This document shows, in pieces, positions 20,569-31,539 of a stretch of DNA of 64,000 nucleotides (the stretch's first letter is position 1; each line of letters begins with the position of its first letter). The notes under the pieces were generated by a model. It saw only the letters and a program-made list of their open reading frames with translations. It did not search any database and was not told the origin of the DNA. The position numbers and the translations under genes were made by a program. The DNA lies in assembly GCA_965214095.1 (NCBI GenBank), contig OZ243938.1, forward strand, positions 4,736,001 through 4,800,000, given 5' to 3'. Origin of the DNA: Candidatus Poribacteria bacterium. GTDB taxonomy: Bacteria > Poribacteria > WGA-4E > WGA-3G.

Positions 20569-22142
20569 TATAACAACTGTCTGTTTCGGGAAAATAACTA
20601 AACTCTGAAGTTCTTTTTCATCGGATTTATTTTGTCTACCGTCTCGGTATTCATAAGCAAGTTTCCAGCCATTGAGATTGACTGCTTCTGTCCGTGAGTT
20701 GTTGTAGAGTTCAATCCACTGTGGTACATCTCGATTACCGATTTTGTTCGTGAACATGACCTCGCTAATGCTTATTTGTCCACGACGGAAATCTGTTGAT
20801 ATTGTACTGTTATGGTATCCCGGGGTGCCGGGGCTTGTGTCTTTCGGTGCAGTGGGTTGATATCCGATGCCACCTTGATATCTGCTTTCACCCCACGCCT
20901 CAATTGCATAGCCAACATGAGAGATAGCTGACCGTTCCCATGCAGTGTCTTGTGTCAAGGGTTGATCAGCGGTCAACTTGTCGTGGAAATACGTTCCTGC
21001 GACATCTTCAATGTCCTCCAGTGTGTCGTTGCTATTGCGTGCACTCCGCAGATACAGCAGATAGTGGGCGTTCGGCAATATTAGTTCTTCCGAGACGAGA
21101 TAGTGATGTTGCGCGCCTGTCCTGATATCTGGTGTTCTGATATTCAGTCCTCGCAGGAGTGTCGTCTCACTCGGATCGGTATTGGTAATCAGCAGAACAC
21201 CATCAGCAGGTAACGTGTAATCAGGAAATTCTACGATCTCGGTTTCCTCATTGTCAGTGCCATCTTCACGGGTGAGGATGCTAATCTCCCAATCGTTGAG
21301 AGGAATATCGTTCCCGCTGATGTTTCTGAGTTCTATCCAATCATTTTTATCATCAGCAGCGTTACGAATTTCATTGAAAAGCACATTTGTCTGGGCAACT
21401 TGGGATTCGTGAGGTACAGGTGAATCAAACTCAACATCTACTCCAGAAGTAATCAATTGATGGACTTGCGTAACATCTGCAATCGGATTATCCGATATGT
21501 CTAAAACTTCTAAGTTCGTCAATGCTGCGAGTTGATTAATATTTTCAATCCGATTTTCTCTGAGATATAATTCTTCCAGTTCTACCAAGTTCCGAAGCGG
21601 TGTTATGATCTTTATATCATTATATTCGAGGTGTAACTCCACGAGTTTCGTTAACTTGGAAAGTGGCACCAGCCTTTGGATATTATTCTCATTGAGCCTT
21701 AACGTTGTAAGGTTTGTTAGTCCTTCGAGTGGTTTGAGGTTGCTGATTTCGTTGGAATTGAGGGATAGACTTACTAATTTTGTTAAGCCTGCAAGCGGTA
21801 ATAGGTCGCTGATGTTGTTTGTGTTCAGACTCAATCTTGTCAGGTTCGTTGCGTGTTCTAAGCCTGTTAGGTCGGTGATTTCTGCTTCTCTGGCGTTCAG
21901 GGTTATTAATTCCTGCTGTAGTAGTTGTTGTGTGATGGTTGTTTCTTGTGGTATCTCAAGCGTCCTTCGAATTACCGATTCTAAATTGGTGTCGGTAAAT
22001 GCTACCTCTTGTGCGGTGGTAACTTGGTTTAAACTGATGAGAACAATGAGGACACAAAATATAGTGTGCATTCGTTTTATCATATTTTCTCCTTTTCATA
22101 TTGAATAGCGGACGGCACACGGAGTGTGCCTGCTACTGTCAC

Positions 22143-25100
22143 CTATTTCCTAATCAACATTTTCCTTGTTTTCGTATAATTACCTGCTTTGAATTTGACG
22201 AAATAGACACCTGTTGACACCTTCTCTCCGAGATTGTTTTTTCCATCCCAATGCGCAGCACGAGTTCGGGTATAATAGACTCCTGCTGCCCGATGTCCCA
22301 ATGCTAAGTCCCTGACGACGACACCTTGCACATTGTAGAAGGTTAGTATGATGTCTGAAGGTTTTGACAGCTGATACGGTATCCACGTTTCTGGGTTGAA
22401 GGGGTTAGGGTAGTTGGGGAGTAGGGATGTTTGAGTGGGATTTGAAATCGCAGGAGCAGCAGTAGGAATTCTAATGTCAAGAATTAAACGTGCACCATCA
22501 GCTTCTATTGCAGCGACGAGTGTGCGGAGAGGTCCGTAATCTGTGATTGAATTTCCTGAAAGAAATAAGTTTCTTAGTGATGTCAAATCTTCAAGAGCAG
22601 AGACATCGCTGATGGAATTGTTAGACAGATCGAGCCTTGTCAAGGAAGTCAACCCTGATACTGCTGATATATCGCTGATGGAATTGTCATACAGCCAGAG
22701 CCTTGTCAAGGAAGTCAACCCTGATACTGCTGATATATTGCTGATGGAATTGTCACCCAGATCGAGCACTGTCAGTGCAGTCAACCCAGAAAGTGCTGAT
22801 AGATCGCTGGCGGAATTGCCACTCAGATAGAGCTCTGTCAGTGCAGTCAACCCAGAAAGCACTGATATATCGCTGATGGAATTGTAATCCAGATAGAGCT
22901 TTGTCAGTGCAGTCAACCCAGAAACCGCTGATATATCGCTGATGGAATTCTCATCCAGACGGAGTTCTGTCAGTGAAGTCAATCCAGAAAGTACTGATAT
23001 ATCGCTGATCGAATTGCTACTCAGACGGAGTGATGTGAGAGCAGTGAGACCATCAAAATCACTAGATTTCAAGGAGGAAATTGACTTACCACTTAGATTA
23101 AGTGCCGTGATTGCCGCAAGGTGTGTCGCTGTTATGTCGTCTGCAGAATCTATACCATCAACAGTTGCCACAATAGCGTCCTGCACTTGTTGAGTGCGTT
23201 CATTGACTGGGGTTATGGTAACAGGAGGAATTTTAATGTCAAGATTTAAACTTCCACCATCAACTTCTATTGCAGCGACAAGTCGGCGGAGAGGTCCGTA
23301 ATCTGTGATTGAATTTCCTGAAAGAAATAAGTTTCTTAGTGATGTCAAATCTTCAAGAGCAGAGACATCGCTGATGGAATTGTTAGACAGATCGAGCCTT
23401 GTCAACGAAGTCAACCCAGAAAGCACTGATATATCGCTGATGGAATTGTCATACAGCCAGAGCCTTGTCAATGAAGTCAACCCTGATATTGTTGATATAT
23501 CGCTGATGGAATTGTCACCCAGATCGAGTATTGTCAACGTCGTCAACCCAGAAACCGCTGATATATCGCTGGCGGAATTGCCATTCAGATAGAGCGTTGT
23601 CAGTGCAGTCAACCCCGAAAGCACCGATATATCGCTGATGGAATTGTTATCCAGATAGAGCGTTGTCAGTGCAGTCAACCCAGAAAGCACTGATATATCG
23701 CTGATGGAATTGTCATCCAGACGGAGCGATGTCAGTGAAGTCAATCCAGAAAGTACTGATATATCGCTGAGCGAATTTTCACTCAGACGGAGTGATGTGA
23801 GAGCAGTGAGACCATCAAAATCACTAGATTTCAAGGAGGAAATTGACTTACCACTTAGATTAAGTGCCGTGATTGCCGCAAGGTGTGTCGCTGTTATATC
23901 GTCTGCAGAATCTATACCATCAACAGTTGCCACAATAGCGTCCTGTACTTGTTGAGTGCGTTCATTGACTAGGGTTATGGTAGGAGTTGCTGCTTCTACA
24001 GTCACAGAGATAGTCTGCGTTGCAGACAAACTCCCATCACTAGCGGTTACGGTGATAATTGCGCTTCCTACGCTCACAGGTGTAATGGTCACTATGGCAC
24101 CGGATGCACTTGCAGTTGCTACATTATTATTGTTAGAACTCGCAGTATAGGTCAATGTATCATTATCTGGGTCACTGAAGTTACTGGATACGTTCACAGT
24201 TGTTGCCGACTCGTCTACTGTTAGGGTTTGGGATGATATTGCTCCTGCAGTAAAGGGTGCGCGATTTGGAATCGGTGCAGCAGTGACAGTCACAGAAATG
24301 GTCTGTGTTGTAGTCAACTCCCCATCACTTGCTGTCACCGTAATGGTCGCACTCCCAGCACCTACTGGGGTAATCGTGATTTGAGAACCGGACACGGTTG
24401 CCGTTGCTACACTATCATTATTAGAATTTGCTGAATAGGTGAGGGTATCACCATCTGGGTCACTGAAGTTTGCAAACACATTTATGACAATAGCAGCATC
24501 CCTGACAGTCAGCGTCCGTGCAGAAATAGAGCCGATTGCCTCAGGTGAACGATTGCCAACCTGAGCAGCGATGACGGTAACAGAAACTGTTTGCGTTGCT
24601 GTCAAACTTCCATCACTTGCTGTCACCGTGATAGTCGCATTCCCAGCAGCGATAGGCGTAATCGTGATTTGAGAACCCAATGCGCTTGCGGTTGCTACAC
24701 CGTCATCATCTGAATTTGCTGAATAGGTGAGTGTATCACTATCCGGGTCTTGGAAGTTGCTGGAAACATCTATCTGAATAGCAGGCTCACCGACCGTCAG
24801 CGTCCGAGAAGATATTGCTCCGACGGTGATAGGTGCGCGGTTCGCAACGGAGGCAGCAGTCACCGTGACAGAGATAGTCTGCGTAGCAGTCAAATCATTA
24901 TCACTTGCTGTCACCGTGATAGTCGCACTCCCAGCAGCGACAGGCGTAATCGTGATTTGAGAACCGGACACGGTTGCCGTTGCTACATTCGTATTATTGG
25001 AGGTTGCTGTATAGGTGAGAGTATCACCATCTGGGTCACTGAAGTTGCTGGCAACATCGATTTGGATAGCAGAATCACCTATGGTTAGTGTTTGCGAGGA

Positions 25101-28100
25101 TATTGCTCCGACTGTAAATGGTGCGCTGTTCGCAACTGCAACAGCGGTGATGGTAACAGAAATGGTTTGTGTTGTAGTCAGCTCCCCATCACTTGCGGTA
25201 ACCGTGATGGTTGCACTTCCTGTCCCCACTGGCGTGATGGTGACCGTTGAACCTGATGTGCTTGTAGTTGCCACATTGTCGTCATTTGAGCTTGCTGAAT
25301 AGGTGAGCGTGTCATTATCTGGGTCACTGAAGTTGCTGGAGACATCGATTTGGATAGCAGAATCACCTATGGTTAGTGTTTGCGAGGATATTGCTCCGAC
25401 TGTAAATGGTGCGCTGTTCGCAACTGCAACAGCGGTGATGGTAACAGAAATGGTTTGTGTTGTAGTCAGCTCCCCATCACTTGCGGTAACCGTGATTGTC
25501 GCACTTCCTGTCCCTACTGGCGTGATGGTGACCGTTGAACCTGATGTGCTTGTAGTTGCCACATTGTCGTCATTTGAGCTTGCTGAATAGGTGAGCGTGT
25601 CATTATCTGGGTCACTGAAGTTGCTGGAGACATCGATTTGAATCGCAGAATCCCCGACGGTCAACGTCCTGTCAGAAATTGTGCCAACTGCCACCGGTGT
25701 CCGATTTGGATCCACAACGGATACAGAAATGGTTTGTGTAGCAAAAAGCTTCCCATCGCTTGCCGCTACCGAGATAGTTGCATTTCCTGCACTCACGGGG
25801 ATAATTGTTACTTGGGAATCAGACACGTTCGCAGTTGCAATACTTGTGTTGCTGGAACTTGCCGAATAGGTGAGCGTGTCATTATCCGGATCACTAAACT
25901 TGTCAGAGACATTTACCGATACTGACGATCCGCCACCTATCAGTGCCTGTGCGGAAATCGTGCCGACAGTGGTAGGCGCGCGATTCGCTGCTATCACAGA
26001 TACAGAGACAGTCTGTGTTGCTGTCAACTTTCCATCGGTTGCCGTTACTGTGATTGTTGCGTTTCCAACGCTTTTCGGTGTGATTGTCAGTTTGGCCTCT
26101 ATCATGGTTGCCGTTGCTACAATCGTGTTATTAGAGTTTGTGGTGTATTTGAGATTGTCATTGTCTGGATCACGAAATTTACTTGACACATCAATCTCTT
26201 CAGGTGCATCTCCGACGGTTAACGTCAACGCAGAAATCGTCCCGACTGCCAATGGTGCTTGATTTGGGTCTATTACAAAAACCGAGACAGTCTGTGTTAC
26301 TGTAAGGGTGCCATCGTTTGCGGTAACCGTAATGGTCGTGCTGCCTGCTTTTTTCGGTGTGAGTGTCACTTGGGATTCAACTACGGTAACCATTGCAATG
26401 TTGTCATCACTAGAACTTGCCTGATACGTTAATGTGTCGTGGTTATCATCAATGAAGTAATTAGACACTCCCAAAGACTTTGGTGCACCGATATTCAAGG
26501 TCTGTGTTGGAATTCGACCACGTCTACGAGGCGATACATTATTTATAGTTATCTGAATAGGTTCTGAGCTGTTGTTGTCTGTGTTTGTTTCATTAGAGAG
26601 ACCGTCTACATAGACAAAGCAGTAGAATTTACCGGATGTAAAAGGAGTGCGGATCTTTGAAAACTGTATAGTAGTTGACCTACTTGTATTTAGACTGCTT
26701 ATGTCGGCAATTTGAACTTCAGAATCATCATATTCCGAAAAGGTTTGATCTGCGGAGATATAAATCCGTGCCGTTGTTGACGCTGCACTGTCCGTCCCCT
26801 TATTTCTGAGGGTTGCATTCAATGTAAACTCACCTTTGGGATTGATACCAGTTGTTTGTCCTAATAAGTCGACTGATACCGATTCCACAACTAAGTCCGA
26901 CCCGCGCACATTGATTAAGATGCAGTTTGAGCAGTTATTACCCGTGTCATCTTCACCTGTAACGCTGTCAACACAGGCAAAGTAATAATATTGTCCGGGT
27001 TGACTTGGTGCTCGGACACCAAGTTCTTCTTTGTCTGAATCCCCTTGAGTGAGATGTCTCACAGAACCTGTCGCGAGTAATTGATCATTTGATGAAACTG
27101 TCGTATCCGAGGAGAGATAATACCGGACTGTTGTTGAATTTAATGTATCTGCTTTTCCTTGATTGTGGATATTCGCTGTCAAATTAATGTATTCATTTGG
27201 ATCAACCCAATTGCTGTTTGATGAAAGTGTAACAACCAAGTCTGGCGACACCGCAACTTCAACGGGTGTTATCACATTTCCCACAGTGATTGCGATTGCC
27301 CCAGAACAATTGTTGTCTCTATTACTCTCATTTCTTACATCCGACACACATGCCCCGTAATAATAGACACCCGGCTTAGAGGGTGCGATTAAACGAATGG
27401 ATTCATCACTAGTTTCATTTGCGCCTAATCTGGACACAGTTTCATCATCAAGCCATTTGTCACTTGTGGAAATACGTGCATCGGAAGAGCGGTAATAATC
27501 CAACGTGGCTGAGGATGAAGGTTCACCGAATCCGATATTACGGACAGTGGTTCTCAACGTAAACGAGTCGCCTGGGGCAAAAGTCGTTCTATTTCCAGAA
27601 AGCAAAATGGAGTCAACGATATAGTCGGGGGTTCCGACAACTCGGACGCGTTCCTCCTTCGCTAAGTTATTACGTATTGCATCTTCATCAAGATGATCCG
27701 TATTATCAGATGCGTGTATATTACTTGGTAGAAGTGCACCATAGTAATAAGAATCAATTGCTGTAGGAACATCTACTCTGTAGGTTAATGTTTCAGTTCT
27801 ACCTTCGCTAATAGATGGGACACTCAGTCTCCATCCACCACGCAAATCACTATCATCTGCTAAGTCCTCAAGGTCAGAATGTCGATTCTCTGAGTAATAA
27901 ATGTAGACATCTGTTTGCGCAGACGCACCGGGACCGTTGTTTTGTATTTCAATTTCTAATTCAATTTTCTCACCTGGAGCTACCTCATTATCACTTACAT
28001 TAAGGTTTCGGATTTCCAGATCTGGTGGACGACGAAATAGTAACTGATACCCACCGACAACTTCTGTGCTCCAACCATCCAATCCCTCAGTATTCCAGTC

Positions 28101-30011
28101 TATTTTCCACCAAGTAAAACCGTTAACATCGCGTGGACCATCTGTGATGAGTCCGTAGTCACCATTTGTGACATCTCCTATATCTTGATAGGTTGTTCCT
28201 GCACCATCTCTTACATTGAGAACATTTCCTGATGCCAGTCCATTGACAATCACAGAGGCACCTACCCGTAGTCCCTTAGCACCTAGGTTGCTGATGGCAA
28301 TAGGTCTCCATATCGGATCAGTGTTTGTGGGACGCGAAATCACTGCATCTGTTTGTTGAACTAAAACAGGTATCGTCTGTATCGCGGTTAAACTTGTGTT
28401 TAAGGCACCTCGTGCAGTGACTATCACTGTCGCAGAACCTGGTGATATAGGTATGATTGTGACTCGTGAACCAGAAATAGATGCGCTTACGATGTTACTG
28501 GGATTTATTTCTACTTCATAGGTCAGCCTGTTTTGGGCTAAAAAGTGTTGGGCAACGTCAACAGTGACAGGAAAACCGCCGAGTGTCAATGACTGTATAG
28601 GAATTGCATCTTGTGGTAGCAAAAGAATATCTTCACCCTCATCAATAATAAGTATAAATGCTTCTTTATAAATGTGATCCTCTATATCAGGGGGACCGTA
28701 CCCTGTGACTGTATACTTGGGGGATGCAATCTCATTTTGAGTGTCTTCGTCATTTGCTGCATTGATTCTCACAGTTTGATGTATATACCAATTATCGGGT
28801 GTGAAAGTTAGCAACTCTGGAGAAAAAGTAATGTCTGGATTATCATCACTTAAAGCCAACACTGCTGTGGACTCTGGTGCAGATTTCAGAACAATAGTGT
28901 AAGTAATACTTTCACCTTCATTTATTGAGCGAGGAAAAGTTGTAGATACGCTAGGGTAACAGAATCCGTGCAATTTTAAATCAAAATCAGCATCTTTATA
29001 AATCAGTTCTATATTCCGATAGAGGGTTCCATATATAGAACCATCTAATCGAGTATTAAGACGTTCTAAAGCAATTTCATCGGTCGTAAAATCAATAAAA
29101 TTCCCAATAGAACTCAAGAAAGAGCCAATTCCTAATACATCCGAAGCTATATCCGAGGCATCAGGATTTTCACCTAAGACCTTACCAATTTCGGCAGCCC
29201 TTGCTGCGTATTCTTGGTAAACTTGAGCTAAGAGTTGAAGATGCAATGGATCAAACAATCCTGTTTCATCAGAATAATCAGCTAATCTACCTTCTAGTCT
29301 AATAGGAAAATCCAGAACTTCACCAGCATTGATTGCATCCCATAATCGTGGGGCGTGGTGATTTGCTAATTTCTGTAAATGTTGTGCAATTGTTGCGTAT
29401 CTGGAAGCTAATGAATAAGCATAAAGCACACGTCTGAGTTTTATCTCAATTTCGCCAAAACTCGTAACAAGGGAGACAGATTTTATAAGGAATGATGGCG
29501 CACCCGTTAGGATAGAAACAACATTTAAATTTTCAAGGGCAGTATCCGTTATCAATAGATCAACAACGGCATCAATAGACTGATCAGCTATTGTATTAAC
29601 GCCCAAGTTTCTTACAGATTGCTCCAAGTCTGCGGCGAGTTCTGATGTATCAAGAATTGGAACATGTCGCTCCGTTTTTGCTATAGCACGGGCTGCAGTA
29701 TATAGTTCCCAAGTTATATTATCTTGGGTTGATGGACATAATTTCACCTGACCTGTTTCATCGTATACAGAAAAGTCGTCTATAAAGTCTCCTTTATCGT
29801 ATGTCAAATTTCCTATTTCGTAATTATTCTTCGGATCTATATTGCGAAATCGAATTTGATAGACAACTCCATCACTTGCTCGAATTAGAGCGGTTTGTTG
29901 TGCTTCAACCGTTCCTGTCAAAACAAGTATTAACAAGAGCAGGTTTAGCACTCCAAAAACGTTTTTTGTTTTTGACTTCCAAACTTGTGATAGAACAGAA
30001 CAAACATGCAT
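22143..30011 (-). CDS. Giant 2622-aa surface protein/adhesin: SH3b, 4 CARDB-like, about 9 cadherin/Ig-like repeats, 2 LRR blocks, C-terminal FlgD-Ig/T9SS-like domain
   Basis: Signal peptide; LNVRDGAG..WWKIDW; xDLxV repeats; NxAP..FSDPDxDTLTY repeats; LxxLxLxxNSISDIS LRRs; LLPNYPNPFNPETWIPYQL tail. Confidence 0.88.
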   Translation of the reverse strand: MHVCSVLSQVWKSKTKNVFGVLNLLLLILVLTGTVEAQQTALIRASDGVVYQIRFRNIDPKNNYEIGNLTYDKGDFIDDFSVYDETGQVKLCPSTQDNITWELYTAARAIAKTERHVPILDTSELAADLEQSVRNLGVNTIADQSIDAVVDLLITDTALENLNVVSILTGAPSFLIKSVSLVTSFGEIEIKLRRVLYAYSLASRYATIAQHLQKLANHHAPRLWDAINAGEVLDFPIRLEGRLADYSDETGLFDPLHLQLLAQVYQEYAARAAEIGKVLGENPDASDIASDVLGIGSFLSSIGNFIDFTTDEIALERLNTRLDGSIYGTLYRNIELIYKDADFDLKLHGFCYPSVSTTFPRSINEGESITYTIVLKSAPESTAVLALSDDNPDITFSPELLTFTPDNWYIHQTVRINAANDEDTQNEIASPKYTVTGYGPPDIEDHIYKEAFILIIDEGEDILLLPQDAIPIQSLTLGGFPVTVDVAQHFLAQNRLTYEVEINPSNIVSASISGSRVTIIPISPGSATVIVTARGALNTSLTAIQTIPVLVQQTDAVISRPTNTDPIWRPIAISNLGAKGLRVGASVIVNGLASGNVLNVRDGAGTTYQDIGDVTNGDYGLITDGPRDVNGFTWWKIDWNTEGLDGWSTEVVGGYQLLFRRPPDLEIRNLNVSDNEVAPGEKIELEIEIQNNGPGASAQTDVYIYYSENRHSDLEDLADDSDLRGGWRLSVPSISEGRTETLTYRVDVPTAIDSYYYGALLPSNIHASDNTDHLDEDAIRNNLAKEERVRVVGTPDYIVDSILLSGNRTTFAPGDSFTLRTTVRNIGFGEPSSSATLDYYRSSDARISTSDKWLDDETVSRLGANETSDESIRLIAPSKPGVYYYGACVSDVRNESNRDNNCSGAIAITVGNVITPVEVAVSPDLVVTLSSNSNWVDPNEYINLTANIHNQGKADTLNSTTVRYYLSSDTTVSSNDQLLATGSVRHLTQGDSDKEELGVRAPSQPGQYYYFACVDSVTGEDDTGNNCSNCILINVRGSDLVVESVSVDLLGQTTGINPKGEFTLNATLRNKGTDSAASTTARIYISADQTFSEYDDSEVQIADISSLNTSRSTTIQFSKIRTPFTSGKFYCFVYVDGLSNETNTDNNSSEPIQITINNVSPRRRGRIPTQTLNIGAPKSLGVSNYFIDDNHDTLTYQASSSDDNIAMVTVVESQVTLTPKKAGSTTITVTANDGTLTVTQTVSVFVIDPNQAPLAVGTISALTLTVGDAPEEIDVSSKFRDPDNDNLKYTTNSNNTIVATATMIEAKLTITPKSVGNATITVTATDGKLTATQTVSVSVIAANRAPTTVGTISAQALIGGGSSVSVNVSDKFSDPDNDTLTYSASSSNTSIATANVSDSQVTIIPVSAGNATISVAASDGKLFATQTISVSVVDPNRTPVAVGTISDRTLTVGDSAIQIDVSSNFSDPDNDTLTYSASSNDDNVATTSTSGSTVTITPVGTGSATITVTASDGELTTTQTISVTITAVAVANSAPFTVGAISSQTLTIGDSAIQIDVSSNFSDPDNDTLTYSASSNDDNVATTSTSGSTVTITPVGTGSATITVTASDGELTTTQTISVTITAVAVANSAPFTVGAISSQTLTIGDSAIQIDVASNFSDPDGDTLTYTATSNNTNVATATVSGSQITITPVAAGSATITVTASDNDLTATQTISVTVTAASVANRAPITVGAISSRTLTVGEPAIQIDVSSNFQDPDSDTLTYSANSDDDGVATASALGSQITITPIAAGNATITVTASDGSLTATQTVSVTVIAAQVGNRSPEAIGSISARTLTVRDAAIVINVFANFSDPDGDTLTYSANSNNDSVATATVSGSQITITPVGAGSATITVTASDGELTTTQTISVTVTAAPIPNRAPFTAGAISSQTLTVDESATTVNVSSNFSDPDNDTLTYTASSNNNNVATASASGAIVTITPVSVGSAIITVTASDGSLSATQTISVTVEAATPTITLVNERTQQVQDAIVATVDGIDSADDITATHLAAITALNLSGKSISSLKSSDFDGLTALTSLRLSENSLSDISVLSGLTSLTSLRLDDNSISDISVLSGLTALTTLYLDNNSISDISVLSGLTALTTLYLNGNSASDISAVSGLTTLTILDLGDNSISDISTISGLTSLTRLWLYDNSISDISVLSGLTSLTRLDLSNNSISDVSALEDLTSLRNLFLSGNSITDYGPLRRLVAAIEVDGGSLNLDIKIPPVTITPVNERTQQVQDAIVATVDGIDSADDITATHLAAITALNLSGKSISSLKSSDFDGLTALTSLRLSSNSISDISVLSGLTSLTELRLDENSISDISAVSGLTALTKLYLDYNSISDISVLSGLTALTELYLSGNSASDLSALSGLTALTVLDLGDNSISNISAVSGLTSLTRLWLYDNSISDISAVSGLTSLTRLDLSNNSISDVSALEDLTSLRNLFLSGNSITDYGPLRTLVAAIEADGARLILDIRIPTAAPAISNPTQTSLLPNYPNPFNPETWIPYQLSKPSDIILTFYNVQGVVVRDLALGHRAAGVYYTRTRAAHWDGKNNLGEKVSTGVYFVKFKAGNYTKTRKMLIRK
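22465..23982. repeat. 762-bp tandem duplication of an LRR module inside the adhesin
   Basis: 22465-23220 matches 23227-23982 at a constant offset of 762 bp. Confidence 0.9.
25015..25640. repeat. Near-identical 288-bp tandem cadherin-like repeat units
   Basis: Sequence repeats at an offset of 288 (25015/25303/25591) with few substitutions. Confidence 0.9.
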
Positions 30012-30171
30012 AGAGAGATCTCCTTGAGCTTAGCGGTTCTTTGCCGTCAAGACAGCGTAGCTTTAACTAATTGATGTAGACGGCATTATTGTTTCTGTAT
30101 TGCATTAGCAGTACTACATAGTGTTAAGCATTACTACAGTTACCTATGTTTAGTCCGATTGGATTAAGATT

Positions 30172-30200
30172 ATTATAATATATAGTCATATAACAGTCAA
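30172..30200 (-). promoter_or_regulatory. Sigma70 promoter upstream of the adhesin
   Basis: Minus strand TTGACT-17 bp-TATAAT; copy of 2129-2157. Confidence 0.7.
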
Positions 30201-30307
30201 TATAAATTAATATTATATTATTATGTTATTATAACCTGACATGACTTATATAGCATTGTAAAATGGGATATATTGAATGGAGGGTTTTCGCTTTAATAAT
30301 ATACAAT

Positions 30308-30508
30308 CTGAGGGGTCAATCGCAGAAAATTGAATCTACGGATGGTGATAGGGGTAGAATTGCGATGGTACATCAAACGCATCATGGAAAGAATCCGAAA
30401 GGGGCAGTTGCGGCGGAGATTATCATCAATTATTTAATCACTGAATAGGATTAAGCGACTCTCAACCAAACGAACAATCTGTCCTAACAACTACGACCTT
30501 CATTCAAT
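30308..30508 (+). pseudogene. Internally deleted remnant of the 17829-18653 lipoprotein gene with its 3' flank
   Basis: Matches 18199-18245, then 18546-18716, joined at GATGGTGAT. Confidence 0.85.
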
Positions 30509-30514
30509 GCTATG

Positions 30515-31249
30515 CTAATTCTGTTTAGCCTCCAAACAATCCAAAACATCATATAGATTTGTAATCAGATAGTCTGGTTGTCCATCTGCTATATTTGTAA
30601 TTGATAGATTCGATTTTCGGTCAATCAAAATGCTCGTCATTCCTGCTCGGTTTGCACCAACGATGTCATTTTGTATAGAATCTCCCACGAGTGCTGCCTC
30701 TTTCAACGGGACATTCGCTTTTTTGCAAGCCACTGCAAAAATATCAAATTTTGGTTTCCTCACACCGATTTCATCAGAAATTGTCAATGACTGAATGCGG
30801 TCGCTAAGTCCCAAATGTCTTACTTTAGAAAGTTGACTGTCTTTGTGTTCATCGTACGCACCGTTTGTAATGATACCGACATGATATTCGTTGAGTTCCT
30901 CAAGCACAGTGACATCTTCGTATAGACACAGACTTGTGACATATTGGTTACTGAGAAAATCGTTGAGTTCCTCTGCCATTTTACCTGATGTCAGATTTAG
31001 TTCTTTGAATAAAGCAGTGAAACGATGATCTCTTACTTCTGCCATCGAACATTTCCCAGCATCAAGTTGCTGAAATAGTTTCAAATGAACTTTCGTCCAC
31101 GTCTTTGTTAGCACTTCTATAGATACCTTTGGTTCATGCGAACATAATAGTTGAAATGTTTCCTCAACCGCTGAGTTCCAAGCAGTATCGGAGTCACAGA
31201 GGGTGTTATCAAGGTCGAAGAAAACTGCATTAATCATATTTTCTTGCAT
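30515..31249 (-). CDS. HAD-superfamily hydrolase (YjjG/YigB-like)
   Basis: FFDLDNTL, ITNG, RKP and VGDSIQNDIVGA motifs. Confidence 0.9.
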   Translation of the reverse strand: MQENMINAVFFDLDNTLCDSDTAWNSAVEETFQLLCSHEPKVSIEVLTKTWTKVHLKLFQQLDAGKCSMAEVRDHRFTALFKELNLTSGKMAEELNDFLSNQYVTSLCLYEDVTVLEELNEYHVGIITNGAYDEHKDSQLSKVRHLGLSDRIQSLTISDEIGVRKPKFDIFAVACKKANVPLKEAALVGDSIQNDIVGANRAGMTSILIDRKSNLSITNIADGQPDYLITNLYDVLDCLEAKQN

Positions 31250-31539
31250 AATAATTCGTAATGATTTGTCAAAATAATCGTTTAAGTACTAAGTTCGTTA
31301 CTATATGACATGTAGATGTTACAAGGCAAACCGTACTTTTCTCAAATAGTCTTTACTATTGTCTGAAAGGCAGATTGTAATTATCTACCTATTAATGTTT
31401 AAGTTAAACCATTTCTATTAATTTTTGTCTCATTACTGGTATTTAGAAATGAAACGAAGGACAGCACAAACTTGCAGTTTGTGCTACAAAAATGAGATAA
31501 TATATTAGGAATGGTAATACTATTCAAGGAAAGGTATTA

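Larger units (their letters stand above)
18795..22083 (-). pseudogene. LRR plus lamin-tail-domain secreted protein interrupted by an IS5-family element
   Basis: Removing 19569-20568 and one TAT target copy restores ...PKQTVV-I-VSETLES... in frame (505+256 = 761 aa). LRRs, two LTD-like domains (NEI/SEV..WIEL.N) and a C-terminal KLTTSWADLK tail. Confidence 0.9.

Noticed and set aside
22543-26262. Repeated plus-strand ORFs opposite the adhesin
   Set aside because: Antisense shadows of repetitive coding sequence.
22465-26400. CRISPR-like periodic repeats
   Set aside because: The periods (66, 288, 762 bp) are multiples of 3 within one ORF and encode protein repeats; there are no unique spacers or cas genes.
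30012-30165. Riboswitch in the long leaders of the LRR genes (also 1863-2120)
   Set aside because: No consensus I could recognise; an Rfam scan would be needed.
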